From Nageia nagi (Eukaryota > Plantae > Pinophyta), in NCBI GenBank assembly GCA_050084985.1, contig JBITNC010000001.1, positions 80,476,001 through 80,540,000 on the forward strand: a stretch of 64,000 bases of DNA, given 5' to 3'. How positions within the stretch are numbered: position 1 is the stretch's first letter; every line of letters begins with the position of its first letter. Shown piece by piece: positions 27,428-41,176 of this stretch. The position numbers were made by a program, and so were the translations under genes. Below the pieces are notes generated by a model that was not told the origin of the DNA, searched no databases, and saw nothing but the letters and a program-made list of their open reading frames with translations.

Positions 27428-29129
27428 CTGCACATTCAATGATGCTATTACAATGATTACACAATAAAATTATAATATCTGCTAGTTCATTTTATACAGA
27501 AACAAATTCTAAAAATTCCTATGGAAAAGCATTATGATCTAAAAACTGCTTTCCCATCTTGTTATTTTACTTTGTCAAATACTAAACTAGTGTAATGATA
27601 TAATTTTGTTTTCCCTCTTTCTTTGTCATTTGCACTTACACAAGATATTCACTTTCATTGATATATGTTTGCACGTTCATTCTTACGCATGTAAATAAAA
27701 GAATAGTTGATAACTTACTGATCAGTAATAAAAACAAGCATTTTAATATTGATTTTACATAAACTATTCTCAACTGTTCGATAAACAATAGTCACATGAA
27801 GTACATTTCCCCTAACTTCTTGTCTCCCAAATCATAAAAGAATATGTAGCCCTTGACGTCAAAAGAACTGTTGCAAAAATTCGCTTTCTTATATTAATTA
27901 GCCAGGATGGACTCCAACTCAATCATGATGGATAGGAATTGAAATTTTGAACCAGTTGATACATATATTTAGAAAAAAATTAAAAGAATTGACTTTGTGG
28001 GTATTGAAAAGTCACTTTGAGTCCCTAGTGAAGTCAAAATTGGCATGGCCAACTTTGCAAGTCTGTAAGTCCGGTAAGTCCTTTGAGTCCCACTCACAGA
28101 CTAAGCCAATTTGTCATAGAATAAAGAAGGTAAAGATGAAAAAGGAGACACAAGTTTAAAGAATCCAACATATTCAATGCATTTTCATTTGATTTTTTAA
28201 TCAGATTTATATGGCTAATATTGTTTTGAATTGATGTTAATTTACTGACAAATACAAAAAAGTAAAAAAATGTTTTTTCAATTTTACATTATTTATGGCA
28301 TTCTCATAACTGAGAATCTGTTTTGAAGATTCAATGCCTAAATCATTGTCTAAAAAGATAAAATTAAATAAATAAATACCTACATTCTATGAAAACATTG
28401 TAATTTAATAATTTATGCCCGTTGAGGTAATTATTTCCACCTAAATTCTTTTCAAGAAACCAGATGGCTTATAACCTAATGTCTTGATAAAACTGTCATA
28501 ACTACTAGAAGAGACAAAAAATAACTACAAATTCAAAATCTACAAAACTGTTGTTTACAAAAGAATAAAAATTGAAAATGGATATATTAGACTTGTGGTC
28601 ATTTGACGTTCAGGTGTCATGTCTACTTTTCAAGTAAGTCCCACCTATGGGCTCAGCAGGTCAGGGAATGAGATCCTTTATAGTCAAACTGTGAACAGAC
28701 ATAGCTTCACACAGCAGAGCGAGGGTAATGTGATACCCAAGTTCTATGCCCAGCCAATCGTACATGTCATTCAAAGCTAACAATCAGATAGCTTTGAATG
28801 TTGGATTCATTGAAATACACCAGTCAAACAAAAATGGACAAACTATTAAAGCAATAACTTTGGAATCCAATTAATGATCAATATTTGTAGAAAGGAGAGA
28901 CGGTTGGAGTGGAGAAGGATGGAATAGGAGCTTATGGATTTCTCTGATGACCCTTTTGAAGGGTATCAGATTTTTGGGTCTTTAGAGTCAAGGATTGTAA
29001 CCCTGGGCAAGAGATCAATCAAAGAACTGTAGCAAGGGGATCTATTGAGTCAGAAAAGATAGGTGCTATCTATAGAACAGTGGCAAATGCCAGTATCATC
29101 TATACCAATTCAGATTATGTCAAAAACCC

Positions 29130-29308
29130 TAGTGTTTCAAAAACCAGCTCTGGGTCAAATTTAAAAAATGGAGAAAATTTTGGAAAAATCAGCAAAAAAT
29201 CGTGGGACATAAAAAACAAATAAAGAAAGAATGAAAAAAACACGATTTAAAAAAAAAAAACGGCTGAAAGGAAAAATCATGATAAATCTCGTGATTTTGT
29301 AAACAATG
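29130..29308. mobile_element. Short hAT-type MITE, 179 bp
   Basis: TIRs TAGTGTTTCAAAAACC / GATTTTGTAAACAATG; 8-bp TSD AAAAACCC/AAAAATCC. Confidence 0.72.
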
Positions 29309-29527
29309 AAAAATCCTATTACAAGTGACAAAATACTTGGTGAGGAATGGAAGGATTGATTCAAGGGTGCTCTTTTACAAGAAGTCAGGCTTGGTGGAGA
29401 GGTTCTACTTGCGAGAGATCCAGCTCACACATCATTAGGTGAGGGGGAGGGGCAGTCTATTGAGGACAAGGTGGGAGCAATGGTTCCATTTCAGGCAGAA
29501 AGCTATTCCGCAATTCATATGATTGTG

Positions 29528-29949
29528 TGTTAGGATTTAACAAAGAAATATATGAAACAAGCAATAGATAATACCCACTATTAAGAATATGCATAAAAGA
29601 ATAACGTAGAATTTACCCTAGGGAAAAACAAGGAAAACCCCACCAAACACGGAACACAATTATATTAGATTTGATATGTTTTCTTACACCAAACTCTTCC
29701 CATACATCATACCTCATACACTTCAAACCTCATACATCCATTAACCCTTAACTGGGTTTTATAGCCTTTGATCATCACAACCTTACTCTACACCCTAAAT
29801 TCAGGTCTGTAAAGATAGGGACTAAATTTAGCTCCATAAAGATAGAGCCTAAAACTAGCTCCATAAACATAGGGACAACTAAGGTAGGGCCCTGGTTTAA
29901 ATCCTTAATTTGTGTATAATAAAATACAAGTGCATATCACAATCTTACA
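29528..29949 (-). mobile_element. Solo LTR, 422 bp
   Basis: TGTTAGGAT...ATCTTACA ends; TSD TTGTG/CTGTG; minus-strand CTATAAAA at about 29757-29764. Confidence 0.8.
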
Positions 29950-30189
29950 CTGTGGAGGAAAACCTATAGAGGTTGGGTTTTGTAGGCAACGGTTTGGATC
30001 TAGAAGTGCTTTCTACTCTTTCTAAGAGGAGCAAGTCAAGCTCAATAGCCCAAAGATTCCCTAGTTGAAGAGGGCAAGGAAAGTGGTGAAGCAACAAAAG
30101 TAGAGGAACAAGATAGTCTTGAGAGAATATTTAAGGGTGCAATAGGCACTAGAATTCTCAAAGAAAGCCCTTCTCAGGAAATTCCATAA

Positions 30190-30570
30190 TCATTTTATTT
30201 CTGAGCATAATCTCACTGATTGGATGCAAAAGGTATGGGTCCCAATTCTAAGGTATGGGCCAATATATCATATACTAACTTGAGGATGGATTGGACTCAT
30301 TTTCCAATCTGTTGAAGATTCCAAGAAGAAAGATCTCAAAATGGGTCGAGCTCCTTGGTTTATCCATGGAGCTCTGGTCTAAAAAAGCATTAACAACAAT
30401 AGGTGACTCGATAGGCAAAACTCTAGAGATCAATGGTTCCTATAGAACCGATTCTTTCTCAACAGTGGCACATATTTTGGTGGGAATTGATATTAGCAAG
30501 GGCCAGGCTGATTGCTTGGGGATAGTAGTGGGGTAAGTGGTTCATAATCAAACTCTAGACTACAATAAAG
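30190..30570 (+). mobile_element. L1-type LINE ORF1 remnant (DUF4283-like)
   Basis: DWMQKVWVPILRYGP...WVELLGLSMELWSKKALTTIGDSIGK...AHILVGIDISKG...QTLDY, the typical plant L1 ORF1 pattern. Confidence 0.8.
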
Positions 30571-31039
30571 AAAGTATGGAAATGAAAATATGAAGTGAAA
30601 GTGGTTGGAAAAGCATAACAGAAGGATGCAAAAGAGTTTATGCAGGTGTTGATAACAAGAAGTGATCATAGCTTGGCTCAGCAGGATGCAAGAGCAGCAA
30701 TGGCTTCAATCCAATATCTTCAGACAAGGAAATTTACATCGAGGGAAGAGTGGAGGCCAAGGAAAGAAACAATATTTCAACACATAAATCTCAACACCCA
30801 AGGAAAGAACATCCAATATCTAAGGAACCTTCTCAAGGCTTGGACTATGAAGACTCTCCTATTCCTGGTAAATTCCTTGTTGATAAATATTTTACAAATA
30901 ATGTTGATTTAGTTATGGGTGGTTCTGAGTTTTGGCCTGCTCCTTTTGAAAGGGCAAAAAGCTCATATAGGCCCTAAAGATCATCTCTCGGATTGCTCTC
31001 ATGGAATCTATAGGGAGACTAGTCAAACCCTCTGGGCGC

Positions 31040-31571
31040 ATGAGTAGCATGTCATGAAAGAAACCATATCTCTGGAGCATCTTGGCAGCCTCGGAAAACC
31101 AACATCAACAACAACTTTGTGCAGTTAAGTCGATTGCGGAGACCAAGGCTTGAGAAGGAGTCTATCTATATTGCCCCACTGGCAGAAAGGCTCCTAAGGC
31201 GATAGAGGAAGAGGACTATGGACTATGGAAGTAATGGCCCACACTTCAAGAGGCTAGCAAACAAACTTTGCAACTATGATAAAGTGAGGGATTGTTCTCT
31301 TGCTCTGAATGGAACGGGACAAAGTATTGACGAAGATCCTCTCTACCATGGTTTATTCTACTGCTCTCAAACTAGGTCCCCAAACCTTAACTCCATATGG
31401 TATTGTGGGGATGACTAGAGTTTGGAAGAGCTCTATCTTGGACGATACATCCTAGAAGTGCAAGTGGATGCACTATCTCTCTAAGGTGGAGACAATCGCA
31501 TATCCTCAACGAACTTTAGGTGGGTTGTTGTCCTCATGGAGAATTTGGGGCCAAAGAAGAGCACTCCCAAG
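31040..31571 (-). mobile_element. RTE-type LINE 3' fragment
   Basis: LGVLFFGPKFSMR...LFQTLVIPTIPYGVKVWGPSL; similar to the RTE piece at 42300-42638. Confidence 0.72.
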
Positions 31572-34500
31572 TGTTGTGACTAGCACAACATGCCCCAAAT
31601 TTTAGCAAATTTGGGGACCCATGAAATTTTGCCAATGGGGGATACTATGATACATCACGGGCGAAACTCATAAGCAAAGGGACAAGGTGGATATCCCCCA
31701 AAGGGCTCTAAGGAACGAAGTTATGGAACAAGGTGAAATTTTGGCAAAGTATGGAGACCATCTTCAATAGGTGCACTCCCAGACAAAGACAAGCCCCATG
31801 ACTCATCAAAGACCTGCACCAAGGTGATAATGCGTTCTTCTAATATAAGTCCAATCCAAGACATCGAGCATGACCCTCCCAAGACTTGCGCTAGCTTTGC
31901 AAGGGCTCCGAGAGGAAATTTCGAGTAACTGGGGTCAAAATTGGCTAAGTATGAAACACACCTATCTCAGAAGCAAGTCCAGGTGAAGACAAACCCTATG
32001 ACCATGGGAAGATTTGCACTTAGTCTCATTCATGCCCCTCTAGCGCAACTACCAACCTAGACAACTGTCATGAACTCCCTTGGACTTGAGCTGGGATTCA
32101 TCTTCCTCCTCCAAGCACAAATAAAGCTCAAGACACCAATTTTGTCCCTCTCATGACTTGCGTTGGCCTCCCTTCCAACCTTGGAGACAAAACGAGCTCA
32201 AATGCACTAGTTCATGCCCCGAGGAGACCTACGCTTGTCCTTATTCCACTTCCCCTATTCAAGTAAAAGCCCAAACATCACCATTGACTACCTAGTGACT
32301 TGCATTGGAATTCCCTCTCCAGTATGGGCACATATCAAGAAGAAGACAAGCATGATGACTCCCTCTTACTTACATTGGCATTTTGGACCCCATCTTGGTG
32401 CATAACCCCATGTGTCTTGAGTAGAAAAAGTTTGCACAACAAAAGGAGGTGCACCAGAAGGCCTAACTTGTTGAGTATGATGATATGTTATATATTGATG
32501 ATTAAAATTGATAGTTTATGCAATTGATATCACTTGAGTGACACTTGTTATCTATAACATATCAAGAAGAAGACAAGCATGATGACTCCCTCTTAGAGTT
32601 TTTTTCCTTGCCCAACTACGCCAAGCCCTCTTGACCTCTTAGATTGCTTGAGAGAACATCAAAACCTCCCAAAATGTCAATGCAAGCCCTCCTAGTGCAA
32701 GACTCATCCTAGATGTCAAGTTTATCCTCTTAGACCCTTGCGCTAGGGCTTTTGAGTCCCTTCACCATCATAATCCATCTCTAGAGGGCCCTTAGATGCA
32801 TGCAACAACCATCCAAGCGCAAGTCAAGCCCAAGACAAGAACTTTGTCATCCTTATCTCTTGCATCAATCCCTTCTCACACTCCATGCAATCATCTGAGC
32901 TCAAAACTCTTGCGCAAGCCTATCCCAACACAAGTCAACCCCTAGACACCAACCTTGTCTTCCCCTTCACATATGCCACACACTCCTTCACACCTACGAT
33001 GATCCTCCAATGCTCAAACTCACCAAATCATCACCATCCTTTCCTTGAGCCACCCATCCAACTCACTTTGTTGTGTTTTGCAGGTATAGTACTATGGATA
33101 GAATCCAACTCAACCCTGACCATTGGGCAAGGAGCTTGAAAAATTTGTTGAAGGACATCTCGATTGAGATAGAGAAATCTGAGAGAGACCCATTGCCTGA
33201 AGCTTGTATCAAGAATGGTCTTGCAAATATCAGAGACAAAGACTAGCAACGCACCAACCCCGTTAAGATGCTAGATAAGATAGTCACAATACCTCAGGAA
33301 GCTTTATCTCTCGATGTGATCTATCACTCAGGGTTGTAGACAACTATCATGATGCCTTTTGCAATGCACTTTCCAAATTTATGTTGTGAGGTGGCCAAGT
33401 TATGTGACGTGGGGGCAAGGACTCTCTAAGACAATAAAGATGAGGTGATCATGAGATTCACTAAAGAAGGGGTCGAGGATGCATTCGGTTGGGCAAGAGA
33501 TGTTATTAAATGCATTGAAGAAGACTCCATCGTCTTCTATGAATCCTTGAAGGGGCAAGGAAATATGATTAGAGAATGGCTTCTTCCCGATGCAAGAGAG
33601 CTCAAAGGAAACACACTTTTGAACGATAAGAAGACAAGTACCTTCAACACTTGGAGGCCCATAGGATAGAAGATAGAGATGAGAAGAACGAAAAAGCACC
33701 TAAAGGAGAATCTTCTCAACCTAGGGATTCAAGAACCTTTACCTAGTTGAAGGGATCTTCCATTGTGATAAGTAGAACAACCACTAATAAGAAGAAGCTG
33801 CAAGGTGCATAGGATTGGAAAATCCAAACTCAAGAAATTGAAGTAGGTCCAATTGTCTTGGAGGGACATGAATTCAACATCAATGCAAGTGCTTCTACCC
33901 TAAGACAAGAAGGAACAAGAAAATAAAGGGACGATTGAGGATCACTCGACACGTTTTTGGTTCGTCTATGACCGCCCTTGGAGGACACAACCTAGACCCA
34001 CAAATAGGCTTTTGCCTCTCTATCCAAAAACAAGGCTAGTGGCACCTTAACGAGAATGCCTAATCGACCCTTGGGTTTACCCATAGCCGGCTTAGTTTGC
34101 CATGGTATGAGCCTGACATTTCTCGAGTGAACCACCCCACCATAGGCACAAACTCAAGGGTATCACTCCATTAGCACACAACCACCAAGCTCTGAAACAT
34201 GGGTCAGGGCACTAAGGCTATCTGCAATTCACCATGCCCGTCATACCCCGGTGAGCCATGGATGCACCTTGGCTTGCCTAGCCTTTGTCACCCATCAAAA
34301 CTCACCCCGTCATATTCTCCCCCACTTTAAATAGACAGCGACCCAACACCAAGTAAGTTGAGAAGACACACATCCATGTGCTCCTTGTGTCTAGCAAACC
34401 ATGTTCAAGTACATGCACAAAAGTCCTAGAGGTTTTGTCAGGATTGTGGCATCTGAATGCCATCTTTGGCAACTGAAGACTAAAGAAAGAGTTGATCAAT

Positions 34501-36173
34501 AAGAACAAATTCTGCACAGAAATTGAGGCAGCCCAAATGCAGCCAGATGACATCAAAAAGTAAGCCTCTTGGAACATGGGTCTAGCACTTATGAAGGAGG
34601 AGTTGAAAAAAGTCATCATGGAAGTGGTCAAAGAGCTATTTGAGAAGATCACAGATTTCATCCAAGAAGAGGCTAAGATCCAAGTAAAGATTGAAAAACT
34701 CAATGTCTCAGGAATATTGCATCAACTTTGCCTTCTACTTTGACTGGATGAAGGGAGCCACTGACAAATGCCACGACATAGCTAAAAATGTAGCTAAAGA
34801 AAAAGAAGAGATCAAAACTCAAATGGCTGAGTTCATTTTTGGGGTCATCTTTCTGGACGAGTTTGGAGTACCAAGGAGGGAAGACTCAGTATCCAAGGAA
34901 GCGCATCACTTGATGAACAACATGTTCAACACCCACGATGTGAACATGTTGAAAGTCGAGCATCCTTTCAAAGAAGAGAGAAAGCTTTCAGTGTGGGAGT
35001 ACCAAATAAGACGAGTTGTGACAAAAATTTCAAAGCAGAGTACCGTGAACCGTAAAACCTTTGATGTAATAGAGATGGGCATAGACAAGATGGAGGAATT
35101 CATGGGAGACAATTTTGAGTACATTGCGCAACTAATTCAAGAGCTTAGTTTTTGCGATCTCTAGACTTAGGATATTTTCATGTCTTAGTGTGAATAGGGT
35201 TTTATACTTCTAGAATTTTTCAGCATATTTTATTGCCATTTTATTGGCAATTTCTTTTATATTATTTAATGTGGATTTGGTATAGTGATGCCATGTAGCA
35301 TAATTTCATTGGACCTTTAATTACTTGAGTTATTTTAAAAAATATATATACTTTTAGGGTTAAGACAACACTTAGGGTTGTCATCTGAAACTATTTAAAT
35401 CCCTTTGTAAAGGGTTAGACATTTTTGCAATTTGGAAAACTTTGCTGCTGCTTTCTAATAAACAAGTTTATCTCAAATTGTGGATGTGGTATATTTTCAA
35501 TTGACTATAAGTATGCCCTCATGCTTTGTGACTTTGAAGATGAATGAATGTTGATGATATTAAGGGAATGTTATTGCTATCTTATGCTACTTTGAGTTGC
35601 TTGGGACATTTCATAAATCTTCTATAAGGTGGATGAAAGAATACTCGAATATCTTTTGAAGTGATTTGAGTAGTATTTTGAAAGCTATAGTTCATTGTTT
35701 ACATATCAAACTTGTGTATTTTGGAATGGCTCCCTTATGTTGCTTAACTTAGGAACTTCACCTCATTCATCTAGAACTACTTTCATCTCATCATTTGCCA
35801 TCTTTGCCTTAGCTTCACACTCCTCCCACTAGACCATTTGTGTTGTTGGCTAGTGGAGTGGATTTGGGATGCATTGAACCTATATCGAGCCCGGGAAGAG
35901 TCAATTTCCAAACCTTGCATCTGTACGTGAGAAGGCCTACTCTTATGTGGAATTCATATACTCACAGTCTATCCTATATTTTTCTTTTATTTTTACACTT
36001 TTTTTGTGCGATTTTTGCACCCCTTTTGTTTGTATTGTTTAAGGAACAACCTTTTGATGAGTAAAATAATGGTATTCCAAATTCCACCACGGCTGTCACT
36101 AACCTTCCCCTAGTGATCATTTCACCTGTTATCGTGAAGGGACCAGTTAGCTCGTAGAACTCGTACTCCAACA
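31572..36173 (+). mobile_element. About 4.6-kb hairpin-capped LTR-like element with internal ORF remnants
   Basis: Starts TGTTGTGACTAGCACAACA; 72-bp palindromic units 31770-32990; TATA region at about 35355-35420 similar to 45815-45885 and 51065-51135; ends ...TCCAACA; flanks CCAAG/CTCAG match only 3/5, so the right end is tentative. Confidence 0.65.
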
Positions 36174-37074
36174 CTCAGGGTAGATTTAGTTTCCTCTCAC
36201 TAGTATTGCAAGACAATATTTGACTCCATTTAGTTAATCAATCCGGGCGATGCTTAAGGCTATATGCTATTGAACTCTGTTCTCTCAACTGTATCTACTT
36301 CAAGTAAACGTTGCAGAAAGCAAATATGCAGGATGGAAAGTTGCAGAATTGAAAGTATAGGAATCTTAAATGTTGAAAGAAATATACACTTGAAATCATC
36401 ACACTGAATGTAAACTCGCACCTGAATTAAAAGAACAGTAAAATAAAAGAGTCTTCTACCATTTGGAGTGGGCACTTGCTCCTCTTGGTGGAAGACTTAG
36501 AAGAACTCAGAACTGGAAACTCTTAACAGATCACTCTATTATTGCATGCAATTTGTCTTGCACAGAATGTGCTTGACAAATCTAATACAAAGTTTTATTC
36601 TCAACAGTCTACACACAATAATTCCTGAATCTTCTAACCCCCCCTACCATCAACAACTGAGGTATAAATATCCTCAGTTGTTTAACAATAGGCTGGTCAA
36701 GAATAACAATAATCTAAACAATATTCTGTTATAGAAAATAGAATCAATTATTCTACCAGCTAGCTAACTCTAAAATTAACATGCTAACAGTGCCCACATC
36801 TTATCTAAGGAGAGCTGCAATCTCTTAAGAAATGGGTGGCTCATCTCAACGAGTCAACACTATCCTATTTACATCGTAAGTAGTTTATTATGCCTAATTT
36901 GGAGTCAAACATACTCCATAAAACAAGAATCATATCTGACTATATCTAATGTGTGGGAGCCATGCTTCTATAGACTATATCTGAAGCAGCTCACATCACG
37001 TAAATATTTGGATCATACAAGGCTGGAATAGAGCTAACAATATAGTCAATAATGACGGTCAAGTTCTCAAATTT

Positions 37075-37266
37075 GGGTCTGGAGAGGGAGCTCCGAATGA
37101 GTCTGAAATAGAAGCTCCAAACAAGTATGGAATAGAAGCTCCAGACAAGTCTGAAATAGAAGCTCTGAACGAGTCTGGAATAGGAGCTCCGGGCAAGTAT
37201 GGAACGGAAGCTCCAGACGAGTCTAGAACAAAAGCTCTGAACAAGTCTAGAATAGAAGCTCCAGAC
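37075..37266. repeat. 24-bp minisatellite, 8 copies
   Basis: Consensus RAGTCTGGAATAGAAGCTCCAGAC; it explains the repetitive ORFs 36991-37428 and 37059-37268. Confidence 0.92.
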
Positions 37267-37849
37267 AATATAACTCTGCTTTACCAAATGAGGCATCCAA
37301 TGTGTCCGGAGCTGTATACAAGTGCAAAATCTGTTCAGAATACTTCCTAACAATTCTTGCAACTCATCCAAGTTATCAACCATCATTCCGTGGAGCAAAG
37401 AGAAGCATTTTGGTTCAAACAAACACACAAAATAGAATTAGTATGCACAAAATTCTAATATAAGGAAAGTATGCATTTAACCATATATTAAACAACTAAA
37501 TAGTCCAACAGTTACAATTAATCCGTCCCATAATGTCCAAATATACAAAATGAACCATCGAATTGTGCCAAAAACCAAGTAATTACTGAGACTCATCACT
37601 TTTGTCTAGGCATTGAGACAATCTGAATCCTCAGAAAATAAATGTTATTTAAGTTGGTGGCAGCTTTAAACATCTTAGCCAATCTTTGAGCCTTGTTTCC
37701 GCAACCCTCAAAAGAGAGACCTTTGAGGTAATCAGTCCTCATAGCGGGAAGGGGTAATGTCCTTCCACATAAGATGTTGGTGTTCCTCTTAAACCTTACT
37801 AGTCATTTGCCAATCAGCAAGATAGGAAAGAAAAAGCAGCATTCAAAAT

Positions 37850-40800
37850 AGTGTGGGTAATCCTCGGAAAACTGCAGGTAAACGCGACTCTGGCCTTTCT
37901 CGAGTTTGGCAAATTAAACTTGGCATTCCCAAGTAACGGTGTTTAATAAATGAGTAACCAACCTATAATCCCACGGGTACCCGATGAGTAACCAAAAACC
38001 GGCCACACAAAGGCTGAAATCGAAATTTTAAGACAATTTCCACCTATTTCATTCCTAGTTTGCTATTTTTCTCCATTTTGCTCATTGTTTTACTCTCCAG
38101 GTCAGTTTTTGAAGGGTTTGAAGGTTCAACATCAATCTGAAGAGCTTCACTGTGGATTTCCAGCATTTCACCACAAATTTCTCAAGAGTTTGTGGTCTGG
38201 TTGTGAGTTTTTTAATTCTGAACATGAATTTCAAGAGGTAGGATTTTTAGCTTCTTTTTTTAATTTCAGCATGGAATTTTTTTGTTTCCTTTGTATGTTA
38301 ATGTTAATGCTTTTAAAATAGGGTTAGGCTTTTATAAGGTTTTTAATGGGAATTAGACTTGTTTTCACTTTCTTGATGGCAATTGAACATGATGCCCATT
38401 TGAATGCACCTCCTCCTCAAGGACTAGGGTCAGATATTACTTGAAAGTATGTCACAAAGGGTACTCTTCCAAACCAAGTGATTTACAAGGGTGGTATAAA
38501 TAGATTAAAATACCATCTTGCAAGGATACCAGGTAAAGATGTAGCACTTTGTACTGTTGCCCCTCCCAAAGTTATACGCAAGATGCAAGCCTTACTTGCT
38601 ACAGCCTCACAAAAGAAAGTAGAAAAGCAAAAGACCAATATGGCAGTTGGTGCAAGGATTGGGGGGAATGTGAGCTTTGAATATTCAGTATCAAATTCTT
38701 TCTTTGCCAAAATCCATGTTCACAATCAAATGAAGATTCAACACTTCCAAGTTCAATGAGGCATCAAACCATGAAAGGTGTCTTTATTCTTCGTACAGAG
38801 GCACAACCTTTCCTTGACACTACATCATGGGGAAAAGATAAAACTCAATGGTCCTTATTCGGTGGCCATGGTGAATGCATTCATCAATGTTGGAAGAGAG
38901 ATGAAGGCCCCTACCGCAAAGAATTTCAATGGTCCTTTGCTTGAGAATGCAATTGTTAACACATCTGCCATAGTAGATGAGCAAAGAAAGAAATGGCACA
39001 AACATGGATACACTATTATGTCAAATGGATAGACAGATACTAACAAGCATACACTACCCAACTTCATGGTGGCATCAAGTGGATCAATGGTCTTCTTGAA
39101 GTCAGTTGATGGATCCGATAAAATAAAGATGCATCGCTGATTTTCAAATTGCTTGATGAAGTGGTGTTGTAAGTGGATGTGGAGAATGTTGTCCAAGTAG
39201 TGACGGACAAAGTTTCAACATATGTTTTTGCACGTAAAATGCTTGAGAGGAAGTATAAAACCTTATTTTGGAGCCCATGCGCAGCCCATGTCATTGACCT
39301 TATGCTAGAGGACATGGGCAAGCTCTCATGGATAAAAAATATGGTTGAAGAAGCAAAAATAATTACCAAATTCATCTACAACCACAATTGGGTGCTTAGT
39401 TTGATGAGAGAGCACACAGGTGGCAAGGAGATCATTCGTCCAGATATTACTAGATTTGTCTCCAATTTTCCTACATTAAAAAGCCTCTTTGAAGTAAAAA
39501 CTCCTCTTAAGAGGTTGCTTTTTAGTGATAAATGAAGGGAGTCTTCTTTTCATCATAGTGATGATGGGTAGAAGGTCCAAAAGATAGTGTTTGATGAATT
39601 GTTTTGGAAGGGCATTGACAAGGTCTTGAAGGTAATTTAAATTCTTTCTTTTATATTTTTTTATTTTTCAATATTTAGTTTGTAGCTTTGTAAATTTAAA
39701 GTTTCTTGTTTGTATTTTTCTTTATTTAAATCTAATTTTTTTTTTTTTAATTATTTCTAGGTACACAACCTTGGATCAAGGTTCTTCATCTTGTAGATGG
39801 TGATTTGACCAATGAGCGATCTATATGAGGCCATGGATAGAGCAAATGGGGTTGTTCAATGTATGTATAAAAGAAATAGAAAAAAATGGATGCCCTTGAG
39901 AATATCATTGATAGGAGATGGACCCATCGTCTCCATCGACCTCTACATGCAAGGGGGTACTACGTGAACCCCAACTTTTTCTATGTTGAAAGTTTTGAGG
40001 CTGATAATGAGGTTATGGATGGCCTCTATACTTGCATTGAGAGGATGATCCGTGATGATAACCTCAAGGCTCTTGTTCCAGATGAGATGCAAGCCTACAA
40101 GAGGGCCAGTGGGAGGGTTCTTTCTTCAGTTATTTGTAAAATATCAAGAAACACCTTGCGACCAAGTAATAATCTAAAGTCAATAAAATTATAAATGTGT
40201 TGCCTTTTTACTATTTTACAATTTAGTATTTACTATTTACTATTTTATAAAAGCTAAATTGAGTTTTTGAAAATGTAATTTCTTTTTCATAGACTGTTGG
40301 TGGGAAGATGATGGTGCTCGATGTCTAAATCTTCAAAGGATGGCAGTGAGGATATTGCATCATCCTTGTAGCACTTCTGGATGTGAGCGCAATTGGTCCA
40401 TTTTTTGAGAGCGTTCACACAAAGAGACACAACAAGTTGAACCAACAACACCCAAATGACCTTGTGTTCGTCCAATACAATCTTTGTCATCATGTCAAAC
40501 AAGTGGAGGGCACAAATTGCTATGATGCCATTGACCTTGATTCTACGAATCGACTAGTAGATTGGGTTGTTGAAGATGTGGAACCCATCTTCCCTAGGGA
40601 GGACATTGAGCGACTTGAACGGGAAGTAGTAGGTGAAGGTACATCTAGTGCAATAGCTACAATTTATATGGAGCTCAAGGATGAGGATGAGTACATACCT
40701 GAGGTTAAGCATCCTATTAGGGATGAGGATGTGCTAGTGCCACATCCTTCGTCACCATGTGTTGTGAGGAGCAAGCAGAGGACATATAAGAGGACTGGGA

Positions 40801-41176
40801 CGAGGGGAAAGAGGCGATTGCATTGATTGCAACGCTAGTAGTTTAGAACTTTAGAGTTAGACTCTTAGAATCTAGACTCAATTTTTATTCCAACACTAGT
40901 AGTCTTTAGACTTAACTATTTTGAAGTTTAGAACTAATTCACTTTATGAGTTTATGATTATATACATTGTTGTATTTATTATTTTTGATGATCATTAATG
41001 GTCACAAACAATCAATGATTATTGCAGCTCTCTAATTTTGTATTTAAATATGTTTTTGTATTTTTTTCACAAAATGTTCATGATTTTTTTTGCCAAGTTT
41101 GGGTACTGAGTTTTCCACGAGTACTCTCCAAATTTTTCTTGGCCGAGTGATTTCCGAGCCCAAGTATTCCAACCTT
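37850..41176 (+). mobile_element. hAT DNA transposon, near full length
   Basis: Subterminal CTCGG/CCGAG/CGAGT motifs at both ends surround a transposase; TIRs are eroded and no clean 8-bp TSD was resolved. Confidence 0.8.
38376..40826 (+). pseudogene. hAT transposase pseudogene (BED finger, DUF659-type core, hATC dimerisation domain)
   Basis: GGINRLKYHLA; TIMSNG*TD; ENVVQVVTD; FWSPCAAHVIDLMLEDMGK; TRFVSNF; WTHRLHRPLHARGYYVNP; CSTSGCERNWS; NDLVFVQYNL; GT-AG introns 39632-39760 and 40166-40292; several stops and frameshifts. Confidence 0.93.

Noticed and set aside
27183-27467. Plus-strand 94-aa ORF
   Set aside because: No recognisable motif; it overlaps the 63-bp NAD-ME exon in antisense.
35350-35420. 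Interstitial telomeric repeats (TTAGGG motifs here and in other LTRs)
   Set aside because: Isolated single motifs within LTR promoter regions, not tandem arrays.
37075-37266. CRISPR-like array
   Set aside because: Units are contiguous with no unique spacers, the context is eukaryotic, and there are no cas genes.
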